Shown here in pieces: positions 1 through 7,309 of a stretch of DNA of 13,470 nucleotides. The translations under genes were made by a program, and so were the position numbers. Position 1 is the stretch's first letter; the number at the start of each line of letters is the position of its first letter. The notes under the pieces are model-generated. The model did not search any database and was not told the DNA's origin. It saw nothing but the letters and a program-made list of their open reading frames with translations. Origin of the DNA: Oligoflexales bacterium (lineage in GTDB: Bacteria; Bdellovibrionota_B; Oligoflexia; Oligoflexales; CAIYRB01); contig JBGSUI010000050.1 in NCBI GenBank assembly GCA_041736175.1, positions 1 through 13,470 on the forward strand, in the 5' to 3' direction.

Positions 1-38
1 CCCCATAGCTTTGTGCTCGCGCGCTTAGTTCATTGGGC

Positions 39-129
39 TCTTATCCAAACCGCCCACGGTTACGGGGGATTCGATCTCATTTTCAAAAATCAACCAAAAT
101 TGGTCTTTGGGTGGGCGCTTCGGATAAGA
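39..129. repeat. Imperfect 19-bp inverted repeat with 53-nt spacer
   Basis: 39-57 TCTTATCCAAACCGCCCAC versus 111-129 GTGGGCGCTTCGGATAAGA: 17/19 complementary. Confidence 0.6.
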
Positions 130-436
130 CTCTCTTCAATTGAACTTGTTAAGGAGTATTTCAGGTTTTTGGAATCTAAGAATTTGATGACTGAAATTCT
201 TGGATTTTTAAGAAATACTACAAAAGTATCGAATATATAACGTGAACTATTCACCGCTTATTTAGCCAGACGACTCCTCCTACGTTGTCGAGATGTTAAC
301 AGCCATTTAAATTCAGCGAAATCTTACTCCCCATTGCTTGAAACGTACCTTGGCCGACTACCCAGTTTGCCCTTCTGGTTTTGAAAATACCCACTCCCTG
401 GCCTTTTTTCTGATCCTCTTGAGCTTGTGGATCAAC

Positions 437-577
437 CGTAGCCACTCTTTCTGCATCTGTGGCGGCCTGAGCACTTGTTGAGGCATTCTTCCCCTCCATG
501 TCACCTACGATAGAGGATTTATGCGGATAGCAGTTGATGTGAATCACAGGGATGAAATCAAGAAGACGATTAAAGAG
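437..577 (+). repeat. Left copy of a 141-bp inverted duplication
   Basis: Reverse complement of 1671-1811 with two mismatches (484/1764 and 512/1736). Confidence 0.97.
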
Positions 578-1063
578 CGTTTTGCAGAATTTAATCATCA
601 AAATCCCCCATTCCTTGGACGCCGATATCAACTTGAGTTGCGCGAGTTGGTCCGTCAAAGGAGGCTTGCGGGTATTGATGTTAAGGAATTGAGAAGATTA
701 TCTAGGATGTCAAAGACAAGTGCAAAATTTGCTATTGGGAATGAACAAGCATTTTCAAAATCTAAATCTCCTGCAAATACCAATTACCTAGTTCCACCTC
801 CCATGCGCTTGGAGGTCGTTTCTGAAATGTCAGCATCTCCCCAAATTCTCCTGAAAACAGGCTCAAGGGCAAGAACGACGTTTCGATTAGGCCAAATCTG
901 GCCGCTCTGTCGTTGGGTAAGATATGGGCGTCTCGCTGGCCTGCCCCCCCTTCAATCGGGTGCAGTCCGTCGCCGCGCGGGCCGCTCTTACCATGCCGCG
1001 ATCGCTGCCGCGCACCAGGCTCGTCGCGATGCTCGGAACGTCCGCATAACCACTGAGCCGTAG
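521..1063 (+). CDS. Hypothetical ORF, probably chimeric (tail of the pseudogene running into the GC-rich patch)
   Basis: 180-aa ORF. The first ~90 aa are protein-like and continue the upstream remnant. The last ~55 aa are Arg/Ala-rich and lie in sequence that reaches 75% GC (961-1020). Confidence 0.3.
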   Translation: MRIAVDVNHRDEIKKTIKERFAEFNHQNPPFLGRRYQLELRELVRQRRLAGIDVKELRRLSRMSKTSAKFAIGNEQAFSKSKSPANTNYLVPPPMRLEVVSEMSASPQILLKTGSRARTTFRLGQIWPLCRWVRYGRLAGLPPLQSGAVRRRAGRSYHAAIAAAHQARRDARNVRITTEP

Positions 1064-1113
1064 GTCGGGTAAGGGAGGCCCCCAATTGCGGGCTCTCCCT
1101 TATCCGACTTACG
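1059..1113 (+). repeat. Long REP-like hairpin between convergent ORFs; possible terminator or RNA stabiliser
   Basis: CGTAGGTCGGGTAAGGGAG (1059-1077) pairs with CTCCCTTATCCGACTTACG (1095-1113): 19 bp including two G-U pairs. A 4-bp inner stem GCCC/GGGC follows a bulged T1094. Confidence 0.8.
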
Positions 1114-1133
1114 AATAAACGCGGCCCAGCAAG

Positions 1134-1574
1134 TCATTCCATATCAAGTGCAAAATGCACGGCGACCACCCAGGTCGTGGCGGAAGGACCGCATGAAAAC
1201 TCATGTACAATAAATGCATATATCATCGTTTCCGCTGGCATAATTTCGAGGAATTTATCATCTAAGGGTGTCGGGGCATCTTCCAATAATGAATCGTCAG
1301 CTTCACTTCCGGCTACATTGTGCTTCTTTTGGGCGTTGGCCTCATCGGCATCATTTTCGATGTCCTCGGGCGCTATTGACAAAATCAGCAATTTACGGAT
1401 TGATGGATTTAGGTGCTCATACTCTCGGGTCTCGCTGTTCCACATAAAAGCCAGATGAGGACACGGTTTCTTGCTGGCAACAAAATTGGAGTTGAAAATG
1501 CGCTCCCCACAAGCCGGACAAAAGAAACCGTGTTCATTGATGAAATCGTCGAACATATGAAAACTGGTTGCCAT
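1134..1574 (-). CDS. Hypothetical acidic protein with a putative zinc-binding CxxC...CxH motif
   Basis: 146-aa ORF with FCPACG and PCPHL motifs; AGGGG upstream of the ATG; protein-like composition. Confidence 0.75.
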   Translation of the reverse strand: MATSFHMFDDFINEHGFFCPACGERIFNSNFVASKKPCPHLAFMWNSETREYEHLNPSIRKLLILSIAPEDIENDADEANAQKKHNVAGSEADDSLLEDAPTPLDDKFLEIMPAETMIYAFIVHEFSCGPSATTWVVAVHFALDME

Positions 1575-1670
1575 GTGCCGCCCCTGTGTTGGGATCCGAT
1601 TGATGGCAATGGCGACGTCTAAATTGATACGAATAGAGGAGCGCCACCGCCAGACTTTATTGTATCATAA

Positions 1671-1811
1671 CTCTTTAATCGTCTTCTTGATTTCATCCCT
1701 GTGATTCACATCAACTGCTATCCGCATAAATCCTCCATCGTAGGTGACATGGAGGGGAAGAATACCTCAACAAGTGCTCAGGCCGCCACAGATGCAGAAA
1801 GAGTGGCTACG
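1671..1811 (-). repeat. Right copy of the 141-bp inverted duplication
   Basis: 139/141 identical to the reverse complement of 437-577; similarity stops abruptly at both ends. Confidence 0.97.
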
Positions 1812-1864
1812 ATCAGCCCTAAAACTACGACGGGCCATTGGCTAGGTCATCGGATATATGTCAA

Positions 1865-2100
1865 CCAATGTCTTGTTCCTCTACTAACCGGTTTTATTTG
1901 ATATTTGCGTGTATCAAGGGCCACGTGAGCGAGTTATTCTCCCACTCTTAGTTCCCGTAAACCTGGTATTTAATGCATTTGGCAGGAGCTTCAGAAAGCA
2001 GCCCGCCACAAAATTGTTTGCAAGTGGGTCGGGGCGAATAAGTGAATTGTAAACGAACCGGCAACTGCTACTATTGATTGGTGGCTTGCAAGAGCATGGT
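1865..2100 (+). pseudogene. Possible heavily decayed RNase HI-like remnant
   Basis: From 1977: IWQELQKAARHKIVCKWVGANK*IVNEPATATIDWWLARA, resembling the RNase HI C-terminus (LWQRL...HQIKWEWVKGH...NERCDELARA). STNRFYL at 1880, in another frame, resembles STDSQYV. By-eye match only. Confidence 0.2.
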
Positions 2101-2214
2101 CGCGTCCAATTCGCATTCGAGTATGTGTATGCATTCTTGAATAAGCCATCTGTCTGCGCCATAAGCAGGGACTACGACACCTGGGAGACCCGATAGCTAA
2201 TTTTTTGCGTAACG

Positions 2215-4284
2215 TTATTTACCCTGATATTTTGAGCAAATCGCCATCTCTAAGTCAACCTTTAGAACTGACTTTAAATCCAGGTCGTTCATACGGGTCA
2301 AGTCACCCTTAGCCAATCTCAATGAGAGGTTGGCACCAGCTTCCTCTATAAGGTTTCTTAAATCCCTGCCGTTTGCGCAAAAGGGCGCTCCTGGTGCAGA
2401 GCCTAGAAATTCTAGCAGGCACGATCTCGCATCATTGACAAGTACGAGGCCACTATCTCGAACCATTCTTTCAGAGATTTCCAAGGCATCCATTGCCGAG
2501 TAGGTACCAAACACGATAGTATGTGGGAATCGACTCCTAAGACCGGGATTGATGGCAATAAATTCATCCATTTCTTTGTGGTATCCAGCACAAATCACTA
2601 CTAGATCATTGCGAAAATCTTCCATGGCCTTGACAAGGGTTGCAATACATTCCGTACCGTAGATATCTCTATCTCCATTCCTTAGGGAATATGCTTCGTC
2701 TATAAAAAGCACTCCACCCAGAGCTTTGTTGATGCACGCCATAGTTTTTGGTGCTGTTTGGCCAAGATATTCTCCGATTAAATCTGACCTAGCCACCTCG
2801 ATGAGATGTCCTACTCGCAATATCCCACAGGACTTGAGCGCTTGGGCGTAAGCACGGGCAAAGGAAGTCTTGCCCGTACCAGGCGGCCCGAGAAATAAGG
2901 CATGAAGGGTCGGCTTGGAGACTTGTAGTCCCCGACGCTCGCGCTCTTTCGCTACGCTGGCCTGTGCCACAACTTTTTCAATCGCACGCCTAGCTTCGGG
3001 TTGACCAATCAGAGTTGTTATCTCTTCGTTATGATTATCCTCTAATTTATGCAATTTCTCCACGCCACCAACAGATGGACTATTAAACGACTCAATTCTG
3101 GTTGATAATTGGTTCGCCAGCTCTAAATTTTTATCTTCAGTGGCTATCGAGGCCGCTAGCTGAAGCTCCTGAATACTCCAGTCAAACGATAACATTCGAT
3201 CCACAACTTTGAAACAGTGCAATTTTAAGGCAATGAGAATGGTCGCATTGCCTTTAACCCGTATAGTCACATCTGCTCCAGCATCTATTAGAAGGAGAGC
3301 GGCTTCTTGTCTTCGGTAATTCAAAGCGGCATGGAGAGGAGTATAGAAATCATCCTCTATTTTAACTGCGAGATTGGGATCGGCACCTGATCTCAATAGC
3401 AACCTGACTATTTCTAGACCTTCATGCTGTAGCGCAGCCACCAAGGGCGAAGTGGATGATTTGGTACCAGGAACCAGCCAAGTTCTGTTCGGGTTAGCAC
3501 TGTATTCAAGTAGAACTCTCACCGAGATAATGCAGCCGGAGATTGAAGCAAAGAGCAGAGGCCAAGGAAAATGATTAGAACGACCCTCTAGCACAGGAGG
3601 GTCCGCAGGAAAATTCCTTTGGAGAAGGAGTCGTAAAACGCCAACGTGGGAGACTTTGATTGCCGAACAAAGAAGTTGATGTGACGCTTCGGGGTTCACT
3701 TCTAACCCCTTAAAAAGAGGTCTCCAGCGAGACTCATCCTTGAGCTCTCCCTTTTCCAAGGCAGTGCAAATATCGACAATGGAACCATCAGAAAGTTTAG
3801 ATACTATGCGCCTGGCAGAGTTAACTTCTGTTGAAGACCCCTGTTCAAAATTAGGAATCAGCTTTTTGATAGATTTGATTAGATTATTGTTCTCGAAGGG
3901 TTTGTTGATGAAATCGTCACACCCAAATGAAATGGCAGCATCGACAACAGACTTTGATGATGAGTCAACAGAAAAGATAATTAAAGGTAATTGATTCAAA
4001 ATACCATGGCCCTTCAGGAGTTTGCAACATTCCAAGCCATCTAACCCAGGTAAATTCACGTTTATTAGGAGTAGATCCACTATAGTAGCTTCAAGTTTTT
4101 CGCTCATTTCACGCGCATCGATAGCAAGATGGACATTGCATCCTTCCGCTTCCAGAATTCGAGTAAAGTTGGCGCGTTGATGCTCGTTAAATTCTACGAC
4201 AAGAATAACGGGCACTTTGTAAGGCTTATTTAAATCACTATAATCAATTAAATTAAGTACTTTTTTTCTTTTTTTTACTGTCAT
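2215..4284 (-). CDS. Fusion of an atypical receiver domain, ankyrin repeats and a SpoVK/CbbX/Ycf46-type AAA+ ATPase
   Basis: 689 aa. Receiver features: ILVVE..., DLLLINVNLPGLDG, DFINKPF. Ankyrin units: WPLLFASISG..VRVLLEYSANPN, SPLVAAL..IVRLLLRSGADPN, TPLHAAL..LLIDAGADV. AAA features: HALFLGPPGTGKT (Walker A), RSDLIGEYLGQTAPKT, GGVLFIDEAYSL (Walker B), NPGLRSRF and NGRDLRN, all typical of SpoVK/CbbX/EccA. Confidence 0.93.
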   Translation of the reverse strand: MTVKKRKKVLNLIDYSDLNKPYKVPVILVVEFNEHQRANFTRILEAEGCNVHLAIDAREMSEKLEATIVDLLLINVNLPGLDGLECCKLLKGHGILNQLPLIIFSVDSSSKSVVDAAISFGCDDFINKPFENNNLIKSIKKLIPNFEQGSSTEVNSARRIVSKLSDGSIVDICTALEKGELKDESRWRPLFKGLEVNPEASHQLLCSAIKVSHVGVLRLLLQRNFPADPPVLEGRSNHFPWPLLFASISGCIISVRVLLEYSANPNRTWLVPGTKSSTSPLVAALQHEGLEIVRLLLRSGADPNLAVKIEDDFYTPLHAALNYRRQEAALLLIDAGADVTIRVKGNATILIALKLHCFKVVDRMLSFDWSIQELQLAASIATEDKNLELANQLSTRIESFNSPSVGGVEKLHKLEDNHNEEITTLIGQPEARRAIEKVVAQASVAKERERRGLQVSKPTLHALFLGPPGTGKTSFARAYAQALKSCGILRVGHLIEVARSDLIGEYLGQTAPKTMACINKALGGVLFIDEAYSLRNGDRDIYGTECIATLVKAMEDFRNDLVVICAGYHKEMDEFIAINPGLRSRFPHTIVFGTYSAMDALEISERMVRDSGLVLVNDARSCLLEFLGSAPGAPFCANGRDLRNLIEEAGANLSLRLAKGDLTRMNDLDLKSVLKVDLEMAICSKYQGK

Positions 4285-4405
4285 TCTATTTATTTTACCC
4301 TTACAATAGTCGGCAAATTAACTCTTCAATACCTTTTGATATCGTTATTTTTACTTTAGTAACCTATCGCATTTTAATGTCTCATTTGATATTTTTTCAA
4401 TATTT

Positions 4406-4645
4406 ATGGTCTATTGGGGTTCGATTGCTTGGCATGAAATTGATTCACCCCTTGGATCCATCCCACCAGCATCAGATGACGATTTCAACCGATAAGTAAT
4501 GTGCGACTCATCTGTAAGATGGTTTATCCGTAATATCGCGGACGATAAATTTATTGACGAAATTGAACAAAAATATTGCGAATATTTCCAGCATTTTCCG
4601 GTGCTTTTAGCTTTAAAAACAAAGATCAATGACCATAATTACTGA
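4406..4645 (+). pseudogene. Possible remnant of the N-terminal domain of an Ogt-like methyltransferase
   Basis: MVYWGSIAWHEIDSPLGSIPPASDDDFNR*VMC...DKFIDEIEQKYCEYFQHFPVLL with an internal TAA at 4493-4495. IDSPLG and EYF..F..L recall the Ogt N-domain. No PCHR catalytic half is present. Confidence 0.25.
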
Positions 4646-5150
4646 TTAGTTTGCGGATGAACTTGCGGTCCTTCTCATTCAAGTCATCTGACATCAACTC
4701 CTCCCAAGAAACTGGGGGCTCTAGTTCTTCAAGGTCATCAGATAGCCATTCGAACCATCCGTCGGGACCCTTTGCCAGCTCGGCACGAACTTCGCCAACC
4801 CAAAGGATCTCACCGTCGAGGTGACTATTCAGCTCAGTGCACAGCTTTTCAGAAACGGTCCAATCGTGATCAACGCAAACCTTGAGCAACTTATCCCTAA
4901 TGGCGGTAAATTCAAGTTCGTCTTCTTCTGCTTGGACACTACTCTCGAAACCGCAAATGAACTCCAGCACATCGCGCTCGGTCTTGAAGAAGTGATGTTG
5001 CCCCGTGCCAAGACTGTCCACCGCATAGTACCCATGAGGATATTTGAAAGGATCCCGTCTTTCTGGGGCATTGAATTTAGATGACATGAACTTCTCAACA
5101 GAATCATGCAACAGCCAACCTTCACTCTTCAGTAGTTTTTTTATAGCCAT
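4626..5150 (-). CDS. Hypothetical acidic protein (174 aa)
   Basis: Within ORF 4626..5210. The ATG at 5150 is preferred because GAGAGG precedes it. Asp/Glu/Trp-rich; no family recognised. Confidence 0.75.
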   Translation of the reverse strand: MAIKKLLKSEGWLLHDSVEKFMSSKFNAPERRDPFKYPHGYYAVDSLGTGQHHFFKTERDVLEFICGFESSVQAEEDELEFTAIRDKLLKVCVDHDWTVSEKLCTELNSHLDGEILWVGEVRAELAKGPDGWFEWLSDDLEELEPPVSWEELMSDDLNEKDRKFIRKLISNYGH

Positions 5151-5438
5151 CGATAGCCTCTCTGTTATGAATGTGCGCCATTTCTTAATGAGTTTGCGCG
5201 AGATGATCAAAACTTATTTTAAGGATAATATATTCACATGATATCAATTGGCTATGGAATCCGCCAGCTTCTAATCCAGCCAAAAACACATGCTATGATA
5301 GACACCTGAAATCAGCATCTCTCAACAACCCAAAAATAGCGGGTCGGAGAGATCAAAACCCGTTGGTGCCAGACCTAGGGGCAAGTAGAATTCGGCCAAA
5401 AAACCATTGATCTATCTAAACATCTTTATGGACAAAGC

Positions 5439-6014
5439 TTAGGTGATGGCATCTGTTGTTGATATCATGTAAGCCGCTTGGAATGACCGAATAAACAAAC
5501 GCTGTTCATCGGTTTCGGGGCATTGGGTCGGATGACGCGTGCGCAATCTGCTAAAAACAGCCTCCCCCTCAAATCCACGGTGTCTAAGGTAGCATCCCCC
5601 TACGGTACCCGCGCGCCCAAGTCCGCCCCGACAGTGGATAGCGACATTTATTTCACTTTTTGCCGCAGTTTCTATGTCTCTCAACAAGATCCTTAATGCT
5701 TCAATATCAAAAGGAATTCCCACATCCTTAATAGGAAAGCGAATGACCCGCATTCTTAGCTCAGCTTCACGGATTAAATCGGGGATGCCAAGAAGAGGCA
5801 ATTCTTCATCTTCAAGGAGGCAGACTAAAAGCCCCACGCAATATTTCTCGACTAGCCGATCGAGATCCATAGTGAGATCTCTATCCCAAGAACCACTGCT
5901 ATAGAAACTCGCCCCTTTTTTGCCGGGCGCAAAGGTGATCCCGACTTTGCCAGCGAGACTGGAATCAATTTGACAGACCTCGATCGGATTGGTTATTGAG
6001 GTAAGAATCTGCAG
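5439..6014 (-). CDS. CDKN3-like dual-specificity/tyrosine protein phosphatase (191 aa, probable CTG start)
   Basis: Catalytic loop IHCRGGLGRAG (HCx5R), general-acid loop FPIKD, and PET..Q. The frame is open 48 codons upstream of the tracked ATG and encodes the family-type N-terminus TSITNPI...GKVGITFAPGKK...WDRDL. Confidence 0.9.
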   Translation of the reverse strand: MQILTSITNPIEVCQIDSSLAGKVGITFAPGKKGASFYSSGSWDRDLTMDLDRLVEKYCVGLLVCLLEDEELPLLGIPDLIREAELRMRVIRFPIKDVGIPFDIEALRILLRDIETAAKSEINVAIHCRGGLGRAGTVGGCYLRHRGFEGEAVFSRLRTRHPTQCPETDEQRLFIRSFQAAYMISTTDAIT

Positions 6015-6020
6015 AGTTAT

Positions 6021-6026
6021 CTCCTT
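6021..6026 (-). promoter_or_regulatory. Shine-Dalgarno site for the phosphatase gene
   Basis: The minus strand reads AAGGAG-ATAACT-CTG (6-nt spacer), with an in-frame TAG immediately upstream at 6029-6027. Confidence 0.7.
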
Positions 6027-6112
6027 CTATCGTATCGGGCCACTTTTTGCAGCCATACGTGCCGCATGCGATTCATAACTTTAGCGACAACCTAAATGTA
6101 TGACCATAAAAC

Positions 6113-7195
6113 CTATTTAGGTTTTTTCGAATTACTAGCCACCGCCTTTCGAACATTCTCGGTCTTATCCCTCGAAAGCTTTGCCAACACATCAGCTGGT
6201 GTATTCGAGTGGCCGGCGACTTCTTCGCGGACAGTATCACTCTTATCTCCAGCAAGTACTTTTAGAATTTCTGCCGACGCTAACCGATTAGATGCAACTC
6301 CGAGGCGAACCACTTCTGACTCATCACCTACAAGCTGTCCCAAGGTTTCTGGGGGTAGATTCGGGTTACAGGCAGCGCTAGTACGAACACCTTCTTCCTC
6401 ATCACCTGCGAGTTTTGCAAGGACTTCGACTGGGGTGTTCAAGTTTCCAGCTACGGAACTGCGAACTGCCCAATCCTTATCACTTGCAAGCAATACAAGC
6501 TCCACGACCGAGGTATTCGCGTGCGATGCCTTTGCAGAACGGATTGACCAATGCTCGACGTTTGAGAGGCTTTGTAAAGATTTTGAAGCTGTATTTGGGT
6601 TTTTGGCGACAGCTGCGCGGACAAACGCACATTCGTCCCCTACAAGCTTTGCGAGCCCTTCGGCCGGACAGCTGTGGTTTTCTGCGACAGCACCACGAAC
6701 AAAGTCCTCTTTATCCCCGGCGAGTTTGATCAAAGTTTCAATGGGGGTACTCGGGTTTCTACCGACGGCTTCGCGGATCCAACTGTCCTCATCCTCCGCA
6801 AGGTTTATGAGCGTTGCGACCGGAGTTCCAGAATTTCTAGCCACAGCAATTCTGACTCCCTCAATCCCTCCCTTTGCAAGTTTGCCTAAGGCTTGAGCGG
6901 GTGCCTTAGGATTTCGGGTAACGGATTGACGGACATTTCCATCTTCGTCTCCTGCCAGACGTTTTAAGAAATAAAGCGGTGTATTTGGGTTTCGCGCTGC
7001 TGCCGCGCGGACCCACCCGACCTTGTCCACCGCAAAGTGAGCTAACCCTTCGATCGAAGTTATTGGGCTTTCGGCAGCGTATATTCGATTACGGTCAAAC
7101 TCTGATAGGCTTGGTGGCACATCGCCATTTATGTCTGACGTGGCTGACCCAGATTCAGGGATGATGCCTGCCGATGATGCTTTAGATCCTACCAT
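6113..7195 (-). CDS. Leucine-rich-variant (LRV)/HEAT-like helical repeat protein
   Basis: 360 aa with about 13 tandem 24-aa units, consensus VRxAVAxNPNTPxExLxxLAxDxx. Confidence 0.92.
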   Translation of the reverse strand: MVGSKASSAGIIPESGSATSDINGDVPPSLSEFDRNRIYAAESPITSIEGLAHFAVDKVGWVRAAAARNPNTPLYFLKRLAGDEDGNVRQSVTRNPKAPAQALGKLAKGGIEGVRIAVARNSGTPVATLINLAEDEDSWIREAVGRNPSTPIETLIKLAGDKEDFVRGAVAENHSCPAEGLAKLVGDECAFVRAAVAKNPNTASKSLQSLSNVEHWSIRSAKASHANTSVVELVLLASDKDWAVRSSVAGNLNTPVEVLAKLAGDEEEGVRTSAACNPNLPPETLGQLVGDESEVVRLGVASNRLASAEILKVLAGDKSDTVREEVAGHSNTPADVLAKLSRDKTENVRKAVASNSKKPK

Positions 7196-7309
7196 TATAT
7201 TGCCTTTCTATATTCAATTGTCCCGAGTGATATTACTTATAAATAACTTTTTTTAATATAAAAATCAACTTAGAGACACAGATTGATCATTTTTCTTTAC
7301 GATCAAAAT

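Larger units (their letters stand above)
1..810 (+). pseudogene. Decayed gene remnant, 5' end outside the window; possibly contains a T2SSE_N/GspE-N-like segment
   Basis: Frame 1 reads as protein from base 1 through stops at 238-240 (TAA), 382-384 (TGA) and 439-441 (TAG): ...KVSNI*RELFTAYLARRLLLRC...LPSLPFWF*KYPLPGLFSDPLELVDQP*PLFLHLWRPEHLLR. It then continues in frame 2 from ~482 (GILPLHVTYDRGFMRIAVDVNHRDEIKKTIKERF...). The 3' boundary is approximate. Confidence 0.45.

Noticed and set aside
1..30. c-di-GMP-I riboswitch-like CAAAGCTATGGGG on the minus strand
   Set aside because: The preceding GGCAAAC...GAAA...GACGC P2 elements are absent, and the motif runs off the window edge.
296..658. Minus-strand 120-aa ORF and its twin 1701..1901 (+) as paralogous genes
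   Set aside because: Their shared peptide results from the 141-bp inverted duplication; the opposite strand gives the more protein-like reading.
1059..1113. Group II intron 3' end (domain VI-like hairpin)
   Set aside because: No adjacent domain V with an AGC/CGC triad and GNRA loop, and no reverse transcriptase.
1044..1140. Integron attC site (GTTATGC on the minus strand near a hairpin with a bulge)
   Set aside because: No matching RYYYAAC placed symmetrically, no similar sites after the other genes, and no integrase in the window.
437..1811. Autonomous IS or transposon bounded by terminal inverted repeats
   Set aside because: No transposase inside, no evident target-site duplication, and the repeat is continuous with flanking coding-like sequence at the left copy.
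4411..4629. 72-aa minus-strand ORF overlapping the upstream stop (TTGA)
   Set aside because: TTG start without a clear RBS and an unconvincing composition; the opposite strand reads more like protein.
6096..6896. 266-aa plus-strand ORF
   Set aside because: Antisense shadow of the LRV repeat gene; Ser/Thr/Ala/Phe-rich with the same periodicity and no independent motifs.
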